DNA from: Chitinophagaceae bacterium
Lineage (GTDB): Bacteria; Bacteroidota; Bacteroidia; Chitinophagales; Chitinophagaceae
NCBI GenBank assembly: GCA_017307735.1
Contig: JAFKGR010000019.1
Span: forward strand, 2,622-66,621
Direction of reading: 5' to 3'
Length of the DNA: 64,000 nucleotides
Numbering within the stretch: position 1 is the stretch's first letter; each line of letters begins with the position of its first letter. This document shows, piece after piece, positions 50,117-60,558 of this stretch. The notes under the pieces were generated by a model. That model made no database searches and was not told where the DNA came from. It saw only the letters and a program-made list of their open reading frames with translations. The position numbers and the translations under genes were made by a program.

Positions 50117-50881
50117 ATGAAAGAACTAAAAGTAGATGATTTGGAAGTCAGAATATATGATACCAGAGTTCAAATGGGGATTGCCGCTGCTCAGGCTGTG
50201 GGTGAAAAAATATCTGAAATATTAAAGCATCAGGATTCTATTAATATTGTTTTCGCCGCTGCCCCTTCCCAAAATGAATTTCTGGATTCCCTGAGCAGCA
50301 GAGATATTGCGTGGGATCGGATAAATGCTTTCCATATGGATGAATATGTAGGGCTGGATGAGAAAGCGCCGCAGCTATTTGGGAATTATCTTAAAAATAA
50401 ATTATTTGGTAAGGTCAATTTTAGAGAAGTTTATTATATCAAAGGTGATACAAACGATACGGAGCAGGAATGTAAACGGTATTCTGAACTATTGGAACGT
50501 TATCCTACTGACATTGTAATCCTTGGTATAGGAGAAAACACCCATCTGGCATTTAATGATCCTCATGTGGCGGATTTTAATGACCAACAGGTAGTAAAAG
50601 TGGTAAGGTTAGATGAAAAAAACAGACAGCAGCAGGTTGACCCTGCAGACAATGTTTGTTTCAAGACGATTAAGGAAGTTCCCACTCATGCGATTACAAT
50701 AACCATTCCTGCATTATTCAAATCAAGGTATGCATACGCAATAGTGCCTGGAAAAAATAAAGCCGACGCTATCTATCATACATTAACCAGTTCCATTCAG
50801 GAGAGATATCCCTCAACAATCCTTAGAAAACATCCCCATGCTATTTTATATATAGATCAGGATAGTGGAAGCTTAATATAA
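50117..50881 (+). CDS. nagB: Glucosamine-6-phosphate deaminase / 6-phosphogluconolactonase family protein
   Basis: FAAAPSQ, AFHMDEYVGL, ILGIGENTHLAFNDP, AITITIPALF, PSTILRKH. Confidence 0.82.
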   Translation: MKELKVDDLEVRIYDTRVQMGIAAAQAVGEKISEILKHQDSINIVFAAAPSQNEFLDSLSSRDIAWDRINAFHMDEYVGLDEKAPQLFGNYLKNKLFGKVNFREVYYIKGDTNDTEQECKRYSELLERYPTDIVILGIGENTHLAFNDPHVADFNDQQVVKVVRLDEKNRQQQVDPADNVCFKTIKEVPTHAITITIPALFKSRYAYAIVPGKNKADAIYHTLTSSIQERYPSTILRKHPHAILYIDQDSGSLI

Positions 50882-51041
50882 GAATATCAGTGTCATTTAT
50901 CAGCTATGTTTAAATATTTGCCATTGAAATCATTACCGGTTATTAAGCCATTTTGTTCTGAAAGAAAGTAAGTACTGATTTAGTAATGGCCATTATTTCA
51001 AATTAAATGATTATAAAAAGGAAATAAAATCAATTTACCGG

Positions 51042-52388
51042 ATGAAAAAGAGTTTAAAAACAATACGGGGAAGCTCCTTGAGCACGCGGGATACCATTAT
51101 TCCTATCGCAATCATAGGATTCTTATTTTTTATATTTGGGTTTATATCCTGGTTAAATTCAATTTTGATTCCCTATTTCAGGATAGCCTGTGAGCTCAAT
51201 AATTTCGAATCGTATCTTGTAACATTTGCTTTTTATATAAGTTATTTGGTGTTTTCCATACCCTCTTCTTATTTATTGAATCGTGCAGGGTATCGTAAGG
51301 GCATAATGATTGGCTTTTGGGTTATGGCAGCGGGGGCACTAATTTTTGTTCCTGCCGCCTTCACAAGAGCGTATCAGTTTTTTCTGCTAGGCCTATTTAC
51401 TATGGGCGCAGGCACGGCACTCTTACAAACGGCAGCAAATCCTTACATTACCATATTGGGGCCAAAGGAAAGGGCTTTACAGCGAATCAGCATCATGGGT
51501 ATTATGAACAAACTGGCTGGTGTTTTTGCCCCGTTACTTTTTGCTGCTGTGGTATTGAGAGCTACCGATGCTGAGTTATTCAAACAAATACCGTTGATGA
51601 GTGAAGTAGCAAGAAATGCTGCATTAGATGAATTAATCAGGCGGGTGATTGTCCCGTATATAATTATGGGAGCGGTGCTTTTTGTTTTAGGTTTATTGAT
51701 CCGCTATTCCCCCTTGCCCGAAATAACCAACGAGGATGATCATACTGATGTAGTGTTAGTAGCATCAGAGAAAAAGCGGATATTTAAATACCCTCATCTT
51801 ATTTTGGGTGTAGTTGCCATATTCCTGCACATAGGAGCCCAGGTATTGTCCATTGATACGATTATTAGCTACGCCAACTCAATGAATATAGATTTACTCG
51901 AGGCGAAAGTTTTTCCTTCCTACACATTATTTACTATGGTAATTGGTTACGTTATCGGGATTGTATGTATTCCAAGATTTATCAGCCAGCTACGAGGGTT
52001 ACAAATTTCTGTTGTATTGGGTCTCTTACTAACATTTCTGATTATATATGCACAAAAACAGGTTACTTTTTTAGGGCATACCGCAGACATGTCAATATGG
52101 TTTATAGTACTTCTTGGTTTGCCAAACTCTTTAATATGGGGCGGAATATGGCCGCTTGCATTAGATGGATTGGGGCGCTTTACTAAACTTGGAGCTGCCC
52201 TTCTGATCATGGGATTAACAGCAAATGCGCTGATGCCACTACTGTATGGATACCTTGCCGATATATATAATCCTCATGATGCTTATTGGGTATTATTCCC
52301 TTGTTTTTTGTTTCTGGTGTATTATGCATTCTATGGATATCGTGTAAAAAGATGGTCCTTTTCAAAGAGTCAAAGTACAGTGCATTAA
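51042..52388 (+). CDS. Sugar MFS transporter (GluP/FucP/NagP family)
   Basis: About 12 hydrophobic segments; LFFIFGFISWLNSILIP, LLQTAANPYITILG, GGIWPLALDGLG. Confidence 0.93.
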   Translation: MKKSLKTIRGSSLSTRDTIIPIAIIGFLFFIFGFISWLNSILIPYFRIACELNNFESYLVTFAFYISYLVFSIPSSYLLNRAGYRKGIMIGFWVMAAGALIFVPAAFTRAYQFFLLGLFTMGAGTALLQTAANPYITILGPKERALQRISIMGIMNKLAGVFAPLLFAAVVLRATDAELFKQIPLMSEVARNAALDELIRRVIVPYIIMGAVLFVLGLLIRYSPLPEITNEDDHTDVVLVASEKKRIFKYPHLILGVVAIFLHIGAQVLSIDTIISYANSMNIDLLEAKVFPSYTLFTMVIGYVIGIVCIPRFISQLRGLQISVVLGLLLTFLIIYAQKQVTFLGHTADMSIWFIVLLGLPNSLIWGGIWPLALDGLGRFTKLGAALLIMGLTANALMPLLYGYLADIYNPHDAYWVLFPCFLFLVYYAFYGYRVKRWSFSKSQSTVH

Positions 52389-52409
52389 AATTAAATTGGG
52401 AATGTAATC

Positions 52410-55400
52410 ATGATGAAGAAATTAATCTTTGTTGTATTGACTATCTGCATCACCATTCTTGAGGTCAGGGGTGATAAAATTAATTCTGAAATTAATTCAG
52501 AGAACAGGGCTTCGGTTTTGGATTCTGTGAATACCGCCATTGTACTTGAGCCATTTACCTATTCTCAAAATTTTGAAAGCCGGGATCTTGGTGCATGGGC
52601 ATCATATCCGCTCTGGCAGGATAACGCCTATGATCAGAACTTTCAGGTAGGCCAGATTATACCGGATAATCCTAACCTGTCTATAGTTGCTAAAGTAACT
52701 CCATACTCAAATGTGGACAATTATGCGGGTGCCCAAAAATTGCTTGATATGTACCTTGTACCCGGAGCAAAAGTCAGGTTCAGATATTATTTAAAAACCA
52801 ACCTGAACGGTGAATTCCTAAAAGTTCGGTTTGCCGCCGGGGAATATGGCAAGATTGATTTCACCATATCAGCACCAGAAACTAATAAGTGGGTGTGGGT
52901 GACATTGGGATTTGATGATTTTGTCAGGGAGAACCCCCGCATAGCTGGTAACAATAAATTAAAGATATATGCTTTGGCATTCCTTGCCAAAATTCCAAAT
53001 GCTGATCCGGCTATGCCGATTTATCTTGGCCTGGACGATATTAACTTTAAGGGCGCACAACCTGTGGCTTTTCAATTTATAACGCCATCGATGGATAAGC
53101 TACCGGAATTTAAACCATATATTCCTAAAAAACCTTATTACCAGGGAGATGTATTTAATTTGAGCGGGCGCTGGCCTCTGAAAGCAAATAAAGTAAAAGT
53201 TGAAATTTCCAAATATACAGAGCCGGGAACCCTCATTTATAAGGGGAACTTAATCCGGAAGGATAATGAATGGATGTTGAAACCATTGAAACTTTCCTAC
53301 CCCGAGGGACTTTACATCGGAAAGTTGATTTCCTATAATGGTTCTGTCAGGTTATCTGAAACTGAATTTACTATACATATTGCTCCAAAAGTAATTTCTG
53401 GTGAACATCCGCGTCTGCTCTTTAATAATGATAAGAAAAAATGGATGGAGGACAGATTCAAAGAAAAACGTTTTCAGTCCTTATATAATGACATAATAAA
53501 TAATGCCAAAAGTGAACGTGAAAAAATCCCACTTGGAAGCCTCCAATACGATCTTGATCAATTTCCTGATAAGGATTGGCTTCCCTCCTGGGATGCGTTT
53601 GGATTGCATATTTATAATACGGGATCCGCCCTCGAGTTGAATGCACTCGCCTATACTTTTCATAATGATAGTGTGGCAGGAGAATATGCTAAAAACGTGT
53701 TGGTTAAACTTTCCGGATGGCCAACCTGGGTATCTCCCTGGCTCATGAGACGGGGGCGCTTCAGCGAACATCGATTGGGCACGTGGTCTCATCAGGTAGC
53801 ATTGGCCTATGATCTCACTTATAATCTAATGACTCCTGATGAGCGGTCTAAGATTCGTAAAGCGATTATAGAAAAAATAATAAAGGGAGCTTGCCGGACT
53901 TATGTTTATGATAATATGGTCACTTCTAATACCTCTAACTGGATTGGTCATATCGTTGGGGGAGCACTGATGAACATGGCTGCTATTTACGGAGATGGCC
54001 CTGACACGAAAGACATGGAGCCTTATTTTACAGGTTCTTTGATGAAACTTTATGCCTTTATTACTCATGTTACATGCTCTGAGGGAGGTGCATACGGAGA
54101 AGGGTACGGTTATAATAACTATACATTCTCTAATTTTTCTTACAGCCTGCCTTCTCTCTATAATGTTTTCAATATAGATGTTACAACCCCTTTGGTTGGG
54201 ACGTATAATGAATATATCTGGGGTGGGTTAATTAAAGACAGAAAGTGGTTTGGCTATGGTGATTCGGGTGATAGCATTCTTCCTGCAACCAATTGGGCAT
54301 TTCTTTTAGGGATGCAAAAAGATCCACGTTTAAGTTGGTATTATAATTATCTTAAGGATGGAGAAACGTTTAAAGATTTGTTATTTGACACCAAAGACAT
54401 CCCACAAAATAGTCCATTTAACAAAAGCCCGGACAAAGTATTTCCTGAGATTGGAACGACGGTCTTTAAGAGTGGTTGGGAAAAGAATGACTTTTCTTTT
54501 GTAATGAGGACTGGTTCTTTTTATAATCACCAGCATCTTGACCAGGGTAGTTTTTATCTGGCAGATAAAGGGGTGACCTTTATTGAAGATCACTCTATGG
54601 AGCAATCTACCTATTATGATGATCCGATATATCAGTCCGATTTTATTCAACCTGTATCTCACTCTACAATTCTCATCAATCATAATCCCCAAAGCCAGCG
54701 TGTTGGGGATCCTCTGAACTTTGCACCAGGTTTTAATGATCATGCCTTTGTCAGGCAATTTCTGGATGGCAGGGATGCAGCATTCTTCAGCGGTGACATA
54801 GGCAGGCTTTACTGGGGTAAGGTAGAATCTCTGACTCGTAATGTTCTTTATATTAAACCAGGAATAGTTCTCATGCTTGATATAGCAAAGCCGGGGAAAA
54901 AGGATGTGGATGTTACACTGCTATATCAAACGTCACATTTAAAAGATATTGATCCCGGACATCAGGTTTCTAAAATTACGAAAGGTGGATTTTCTCTAAA
55001 CATCATGCATCTTGCTCCCCGATTTGTAGAATCAAAAGCTGTGGAAACACCGCACTACCTTAAGACGCTTCTTAGGGAGAAGCCGCTTGTAAAAGAGGGT
55101 ATGCTTACAGTTACAGCACATACACATGGTACCCCACTCGTGATGGCGAACCTTCTAACAACTACTGCTGACGGTGTTGCTCCTGATGTGTCGGTTAAAA
55201 ATGGCAATGGATTTGAATCAGGTGAGATATCAGGAAAGAAATTTGTTTTTACCACAATACCAGGAAGTCTTTACCAAACCGAAAATATGGAAACAGATGC
55301 TTTGGCTGTTACATGGAGTTCAGAAAGGACATTTGTTGCTATGACCACTATTTTCAAAAAGAATAATAACCTTATTCTAAAATCTGATTTTCCGGTAACT

Positions 55401-55589
55401 TTTGAATTATCAGGCAATAGCCTGAAATACTATTGTGACAAAGCAGGTGAACTTAAGATTGGAGCGGCATCAAAGCCTTCTTCAATTATGCTTAATGGCG
55501 AAATAGTCAAGACTTATTTATATGATAAAGAAAATAGGGTTGTAATTATTAAAGTCCCAAAAGGAGAGGGAGCTATAGTTGTTAAATGA
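52410..55589 (+). CDS. Heparinase II/III-like (DUF4962-type) polysaccharide lyase candidate, secreted
   Basis: Signal peptide; HPRLLF, SNTSNWIGH, GAYGEGYGY, YNHQHLDQGSFYL, SHSTILIN, all typical of the Hepar_II_III fold. Confidence 0.8.
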   Translation: MMKKLIFVVLTICITILEVRGDKINSEINSENRASVLDSVNTAIVLEPFTYSQNFESRDLGAWASYPLWQDNAYDQNFQVGQIIPDNPNLSIVAKVTPYSNVDNYAGAQKLLDMYLVPGAKVRFRYYLKTNLNGEFLKVRFAAGEYGKIDFTISAPETNKWVWVTLGFDDFVRENPRIAGNNKLKIYALAFLAKIPNADPAMPIYLGLDDINFKGAQPVAFQFITPSMDKLPEFKPYIPKKPYYQGDVFNLSGRWPLKANKVKVEISKYTEPGTLIYKGNLIRKDNEWMLKPLKLSYPEGLYIGKLISYNGSVRLSETEFTIHIAPKVISGEHPRLLFNNDKKKWMEDRFKEKRFQSLYNDIINNAKSEREKIPLGSLQYDLDQFPDKDWLPSWDAFGLHIYNTGSALELNALAYTFHNDSVAGEYAKNVLVKLSGWPTWVSPWLMRRGRFSEHRLGTWSHQVALAYDLTYNLMTPDERSKIRKAIIEKIIKGACRTYVYDNMVTSNTSNWIGHIVGGALMNMAAIYGDGPDTKDMEPYFTGSLMKLYAFITHVTCSEGGAYGEGYGYNNYTFSNFSYSLPSLYNVFNIDVTTPLVGTYNEYIWGGLIKDRKWFGYGDSGDSILPATNWAFLLGMQKDPRLSWYYNYLKDGETFKDLLFDTKDIPQNSPFNKSPDKVFPEIGTTVFKSGWEKNDFSFVMRTGSFYNHQHLDQGSFYLADKGVTFIEDHSMEQSTYYDDPIYQSDFIQPVSHSTILINHNPQSQRVGDPLNFAPGFNDHAFVRQFLDGRDAAFFSGDIGRLYWGKVESLTRNVLYIKPGIVLMLDIAKPGKKDVDVTLLYQTSHLKDIDPGHQVSKITKGGFSLNIMHLAPRFVESKAVETPHYLKTLLREKPLVKEGMLTVTAHTHGTPLVMANLLTTTADGVAPDVSVKNGNGFESGEISGKKFVFTTIPGSLYQTENMETDALAVTWSSERTFVAMTTIFKKNNNLILKSDFPVTFELSGNSLKYYCDKAGELKIGAASKPSSIMLNGEIVKTYLYDKENRVVIIKVPKGEGAIVVK

Positions 55590-55976
55590 TATCAATGATT
55601 TGTTTATAAGCAATAGATAATAATTGGTATCCAATGTGTCAGTTTTGTAAGTGGGAATTTCTGAACTCTGAGATGATTTAAGACAAATGAAAAGCAGGGA
55701 ATCGTTTTTTTTTCGGCAGGTTATTGAATCAGGAAATTAGGCGGCATAAATTAAGCCAACCGTTTAAATCCTGTGTGCAGCCATCCAAAATGGGATGATG
55801 AATTCTTCATATCACTAATGTTTAAAGTGGTTCTTAAATGTACCACTGATAAAATAATATTGTGAGATGCAGGAATATGTGGAATGAAAGGAACAAGATG
55901 CAACCGCCAAACAAGCAAGCTGGAGAATGAATTTTGAAAGAAATCAAAATTAAAACAAGTAATTAAACAAAAATAA

Positions 55977-56801
55977 ATGGAACAGGAAAATCAAGAATCA
56001 TTAAAAGGGAAAGTGATAGTAGTGACCGGGGGCACAGGAATTCTGGGTAATTCATTCATAAATGGAATTGCTGAGGCCGGAGGCATAGTAGGTATTTTAG
56101 GAAGAAACGAATCCGTTGCCAGAGACCGGGCAGCCCTCCTTATTGATAAAGGAGGTGAGGCAATTGCTTTAATAGCGGATGTACTCAATGAGAAGGAGCT
56201 TCATGCGGCAAAAAACCGGGTTCTGGATCAATTTGGTAAGATTGATGGATTAGTTAATGGTGCGGGTGGAATATTACCTGAAGGTGTTTTGATGCCAGAT
56301 CAAGACCTTTTTAAAATGAACCTGGAAGGGATGAAAAAAGTTATGGATCTGAATACGTGGGGCACCATTATTCCAAGTCAGATATTTGGTGAAGCCATTG
56401 CTCAAACAGCAGGGGAAGGAAGCATCGTTAATATTTCATCTATGAATTCAAAGCGAGCGATTACACGGGTTTTGGGATATAATATGGGAAAGGCGGCTGT
56501 AGATTGTTATAACCAGTGGTTTGCTGTGGAATTGGCAAACCGTTATGGAGATAAAATCCGGATGAACGCATTGGCCCCCGGATTTTTTCTGACCGAGCAG
56601 AATAAAAAACTCTTAATTAATGAGGATGGCAGTTTTACCGATCGGGGAAACCTTATCATTAGGCAAACGCCCTTTAAACGATTTGGAAATCCCGATGAAT
56701 TAAAAGGAGCCTTAGTTTGGTTGTTAAGCGACCAATCCAGGTTTGTTACAGGTGCGATGATTTGTGTCGATGGTGGATTTTCCATTTATGGAGGTGTTTA
56801 A
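55977..56801 (+). CDS. SDR oxidoreductase, D-mannonate/fructuronate reductase (UxuB)-like
   Basis: TGGTGILG, NGAGG, YNMGK (YxxxK), MNALAPGFFLTEQN. Confidence 0.88.
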   Translation: MEQENQESLKGKVIVVTGGTGILGNSFINGIAEAGGIVGILGRNESVARDRAALLIDKGGEAIALIADVLNEKELHAAKNRVLDQFGKIDGLVNGAGGILPEGVLMPDQDLFKMNLEGMKKVMDLNTWGTIIPSQIFGEAIAQTAGEGSIVNISSMNSKRAITRVLGYNMGKAAVDCYNQWFAVELANRYGDKIRMNALAPGFFLTEQNKKLLINEDGSFTDRGNLIIRQTPFKRFGNPDELKGALVWLLSDQSRFVTGAMICVDGGFSIYGGV

Positions 56802-56840
56802 GGTATAATTAATCCATATTTAAGAAAACCAAATATTATC

Positions 56841-57866
56841 ATGGCAAAAAAAGTTGTTACACTCGGAGAAATAATGCTTCGTTTATCCACACCTGACTAT
56901 AAGAGATTTGTTCAGGCAGATAGTTTTGATGTTACTTATGGCGGCGGTGAAGCCAATGTGGCCGTAGCTCTTTGTAATTATGGACTGCAGGGTGTTTTTG
57001 TTTCAATAGTTCCTGAGAATGCTATCGGCCAGTCAGCGATCAATCATTTGCGCCGCTTTGGCGTGGACACACAATTTATGGTTCGCGGAGGAAAAAGATT
57101 AGGCATTTATTTTCTGGAAACCGGTGCTTCCATGCGTCCTTCACAAGTCATATACGATCGTGCTGATGCAGCGATTGTCGAAGCTGATGTAATCGATTTC
57201 GATTTTGATAAAATATTTGAAAATACATCCTGGTTTCATACGACCGGCATTACACCCGCTTTAGGCGACAAAGCAACTGTACTTACGGAAGCCGCACTGA
57301 AAGCCGCACGGGCAAAGGGAATTACTACAAGCATTGATTTGAATTATCGTAAGAAATTATGGAGTAGGGAAAAAGCAAAAGAAGTGATGACGCGGCTTTG
57401 CCGGTACGTAGATGTATGCATCGGCAATGAAGACGATGCAGAAACTACGCTCGGTTTTAAAGGCAAAGGAACTGATGTTACCAAAGGACAATTGAACCTT
57501 GATAGTTATAAAGATGTTTTTCAGCAGATGAAGGAAAAATTTGGTTTCAAATATATCGCTTCAACGCTGAGAGAGAGTTATAGTGCTTCAGATAACGGAT
57601 GGAGCGCGCTGGTATATGATGGCAATGAATTTTATCATACCAAAAAATATGAAGTGCGAATCATAGATCGCGTGGGCAGCGGTGATTCATTTGCCAGCGG
57701 ATTCATTTACGGATTGGTTTCGGGAATGGAAATGAAAGATGCAGCCGAATTTGGCGTAGCCGCATCTGCATTAAAACACACAATCCCCGGCGACATCAAT
57801 CATGCTACACTCAATGATGTAAAAAATCTGGCCAAAGGCGATGCAAGTGGTAGGGTGCAGAGATGA
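56841..57866 (+). CDS. kdgK: 2-dehydro-3-deoxygluconokinase (PfkB family)
   Basis: GEIMLRLS, YGGGEANVA, IDLNYRKKLW, DRVGSGDSFASG. Confidence 0.9.
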   Translation: MAKKVVTLGEIMLRLSTPDYKRFVQADSFDVTYGGGEANVAVALCNYGLQGVFVSIVPENAIGQSAINHLRRFGVDTQFMVRGGKRLGIYFLETGASMRPSQVIYDRADAAIVEADVIDFDFDKIFENTSWFHTTGITPALGDKATVLTEAALKAARAKGITTSIDLNYRKKLWSREKAKEVMTRLCRYVDVCIGNEDDAETTLGFKGKGTDVTKGQLNLDSYKDVFQQMKEKFGFKYIASTLRESYSASDNGWSALVYDGNEFYHTKKYEVRIIDRVGSGDSFASGFIYGLVSGMEMKDAAEFGVAASALKHTIPGDINHATLNDVKNLAKGDASGRVQR

Positions 57867-57970
57867 GGGTAATGAATAGTGAATTTAAAAAAAATCGTAA
57901 AAAAGCAAGTTTCATAAACGATGTCTAAAATTGGCAAATCTGATCGTATTTGCCTCAACAAAAAAATAGA

Positions 57971-58423
57971 ATGATAATAGACCACTTGTCGAACGCAGAA
58001 AAATACTTTTGTTTACATCCCCTGTTCAAACAGGCATTCGAATACATACAGTCAACGGATCTCAAAGCAATTGAGCCAGGGAAATTTGAGATTAATGAAG
58101 ACAAGCTTAGGGCAGCCATTTCCAATAAACAAGGCAGGACTGCAGAAGAGGCTTTGACGAAGTTTGAATGCCATGACAGGCATATTGATATACAACTCTG
58201 CATTAGCGGTAAAGAAACAATAGCATGGAAAGCCCGAAGTGCCTGCAAACAATTAGAAGGAGGGTATGATACAGAAAAGGATGTTTCTTTTTTTAAAGAT
58301 AAGCCGGATATGTATTTTCAATTAGAAGACGGACAGTTTGCTGTTTTTTTCCCGGGAGATGTGCATGCCCCTATGATTGGTGAGGAAGAGATTAAGAAAT
58401 TAGTAGTAAAAGTAAAAATGTAA
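57971..58423 (+). CDS. YhcH/YjgK/YiaL family protein (ORF track starts at 57950)
   Basis: FECHDRHIDIQ, FAVFFPGDVHAP, KKLVVKV. Confidence 0.92.
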   Translation: MIIDHLSNAEKYFCLHPLFKQAFEYIQSTDLKAIEPGKFEINEDKLRAAISNKQGRTAEEALTKFECHDRHIDIQLCISGKETIAWKARSACKQLEGGYDTEKDVSFFKDKPDMYFQLEDGQFAVFFPGDVHAPMIGEEEIKKLVVKVKM

Positions 58424-58447
58424 TTTTTCAAATTTAATAATGAATAA

Positions 58448-59110
58448 ATGATGGAAAAGAAATCTGAATTATTAAAGCTGATACCAAAACAAGGTGTGTT
58501 ACCACTTTATTTTTATAAAGATGAAGAAGTAAGTGTAGAAGTATTAAGAAGTTTATACAATGCCGGCATGAGAGCAGTTGAATATACCAACAGGGGAGAG
58601 GCGGCATTGCAGAATTTTAAGAAAATGAGGCGTGTATGTGATCAGGAATTAACCGGAATGTATCTGGGTGTTGGTACGATAAAGAGTGCTGAAATGGCTG
58701 AAATTTTCATCAGTGAAGGGGCAGATTTTATTGTTTCTCCAGGATTCGTCGTGGAGGTTGCCGATGTTGCCGATAAAAGCAATATGTTATGGATTCCCGG
58801 TTGTATGACTCCGTCAGAAATTATTCAAGCGGAAAATTTAGGTGCTTCAATGATTAAACTTTTTCCCGGGAATCTTCTGGGTCCTGAATTTATGAGTTCA
58901 ATAAAAGCTCTGTTTCCGGATCTTTTATTTATGCCAACAGGTGGTGTGAATCTGGATAAAGAGAATATTTCTGCATGGTTTAAGGCGGGTGTTTGTGCAG
59001 TGGGAATGGGTAGCAAACTCATCAGCAAAAAATTATTGGAACAAAAAGATTATGCAAAGATTGAGGCGTTGGCAAAAGAGGCTCTGAGTATTGTGCAGTC
59101 ATTAAAATAA
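58448..59110 (+). CDS. eda: KDPG/KHG aldolase
   Basis: VEYTNRG, LGVGTI, GADFIVSP, PGCMTPSEI, IKLFPG, MPTGGV, AVGMGSKL. Confidence 0.93.
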   Translation: MMEKKSELLKLIPKQGVLPLYFYKDEEVSVEVLRSLYNAGMRAVEYTNRGEAALQNFKKMRRVCDQELTGMYLGVGTIKSAEMAEIFISEGADFIVSPGFVVEVADVADKSNMLWIPGCMTPSEIIQAENLGASMIKLFPGNLLGPEFMSSIKALFPDLLFMPTGGVNLDKENISAWFKAGVCAVGMGSKLISKKLLEQKDYAKIEALAKEALSIVQSLK

Positions 59111-59463
59111 TTTGGTTGAAAGGATGCAGCTTTCATAATTATGCAGGGTTATATATATGACTAAAATCGGACCTGCTCCCAAAAAGCCACCAGAAAGATG
59201 AATTTTTACATAGCCTGACAAAAAATAACGGACTGGCATTAGGGGAACACATACCGAACCGATTGTTTCAAAAATTTTCATATTGTACATTTTAAAAAAT
59301 AGTTTTAGCCAGGTCACATTGGGGCATTTGTGATATTGTACAAGCCCGCTCGCAACCATTGCTTTGTAGAATAGCTAATACTCCTATCCCTAATTTGGAT
59401 TTTACATTCTTGATAATCAACGCAATACCAGATATATTAAAAAAAGCATAAGAAATCTTTCTT

Positions 59464-59489
59464 ATAGTTAGGAATCCTTACTATGTTTG
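59464..59489 (+). promoter_or_regulatory. Palindromic operator plus adjacent -7 box
   Basis: ATAGTTAGGAATCCTTACTAT near-perfect palindrome (59464-59484) overlapping TATGTTTG (59482-59489). Confidence 0.72.
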
Positions 59490-59531
59490 TAACGGCAATA
59501 ATGCCAAACAACAATTTAATTTATTAAGCAA

Positions 59532-59765
59532 ATGGCAAAATCAATTTTCTATCACGCAGGCTGTCCTGTTTGTATCAGCGCAGAGCACGACATTATTAAC
59601 CTTATTGGCGAGACCAACGTTGAAATTGTTCACATTGGCGAAAACCGTGACCGGATTGCAGAAGCGGAGAAAGCGGGGGTAAAATCTGTCCCCGCTTTGC
59701 TTACTCCAAACGGGAATGTGCTTCACCTCAACTTTGGTGCGTCTATGGCCGACGTTAAAGACTAA
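59532..59765 (+). CDS. Small thioredoxin/glutaredoxin-like protein (CPVC)
   Basis: FYHAGCPVC and GVKSVPALL motifs in 77 aa. Confidence 0.85.
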   Translation: MAKSIFYHAGCPVCISAEHDIINLIGETNVEIVHIGENRDRIAEAEKAGVKSVPALLTPNGNVLHLNFGASMADVKD

Positions 59766-59812
59766 AGAAATTTCACAACTTGTTATTAGATTAACCATCA
59801 AAATTTAAAAAA

Positions 59813-60550
59813 ATGAAACATTTATTTCTCTTTCTCGGAGTTTCCTTGTTCACTGCCAAAGGTTATGCTTGTGAAAAATGCGGAAACTACAACAATGATG
59901 ATTTCCAAATCAAAAAGGTAACCGTAAAACATTCCTCTGAAATTGCGGCTACCATTTGGGAAATTACCGTAAAAGGAACAGCAGGGAAAACAACACCCAC
60001 ACCGGCAGGCCAGCTCAACGGAGCACCCGTTTTGGGCTATGTATTTCCCACTACATTAAAACCGGCAGACGTTGGATTTGGTAACACTGAAGGTATAGTT
60101 GCACTTGCCTTGACATCACACCCGGACTTTGACGACACACCACTTTGGGATGAAAACGCCGACCGCAATTATGGCAATGACGGTATTATCTGGCACCCGC
60201 ATTGGGTGGTTTTGACTGAAGACAAACGTGTGGAAGGCGGTTTGGCTGTAAAAGAGTTTGATCCTAAAGACACAACAGTTGTAATGCCTCCGACTAATCC
60301 CGGAATGCCCATGTATATGGATTCACCTGGCTTTCAGGTTATCACAATGGGAAATACCATTAGGGTGGTTGTTCCCGATTATAGAATGAACAACAAGACT
60401 GATTTTTCTTATGATGGTGTTGCAGCCTATATGCAGGTAAATACCGGTGGTGACGGAGGACATGGTAGTGGAGATAAACCTAGGCTTGGCGTTTACAAAG
60501 TGTATTCTGTTGCCAGTGGAAATCTGTCTTTACCGTACCAGGTGAAGTAA
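59813..60550 (+). CDS. Secreted hypothetical protein with N-terminal CxxC and His/Asp-rich motifs
   Basis: Signal peptide ending KGYA, then CEKC; TSHPDFDDTPLWDEN and WHPHWVVL segments; no known domain recognised. Confidence 0.8.
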   Translation: MKHLFLFLGVSLFTAKGYACEKCGNYNNDDFQIKKVTVKHSSEIAATIWEITVKGTAGKTTPTPAGQLNGAPVLGYVFPTTLKPADVGFGNTEGIVALALTSHPDFDDTPLWDENADRNYGNDGIIWHPHWVVLTEDKRVEGGLAVKEFDPKDTTVVMPPTNPGMPMYMDSPGFQVITMGNTIRVVVPDYRMNNKTDFSYDGVAAYMQVNTGGDGGHGSGDKPRLGVYKVYSVASGNLSLPYQVK

Positions 60551-60558
60551 TTTTGTTT

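Noticed and set aside
55590-55976. 387 nt gap between the lyase-like gene and the SDR, checked for a kduI/kdgF remnant or riboswitch
   Set aside because: No coding remnant or structured motif recognised.
59102-59359. Minus-strand 85 aa ORF between eda and the thioredoxin-like gene
   Set aside because: GTG/alternative-start ORF with no motif, overlapping the eda stop; likely spurious.
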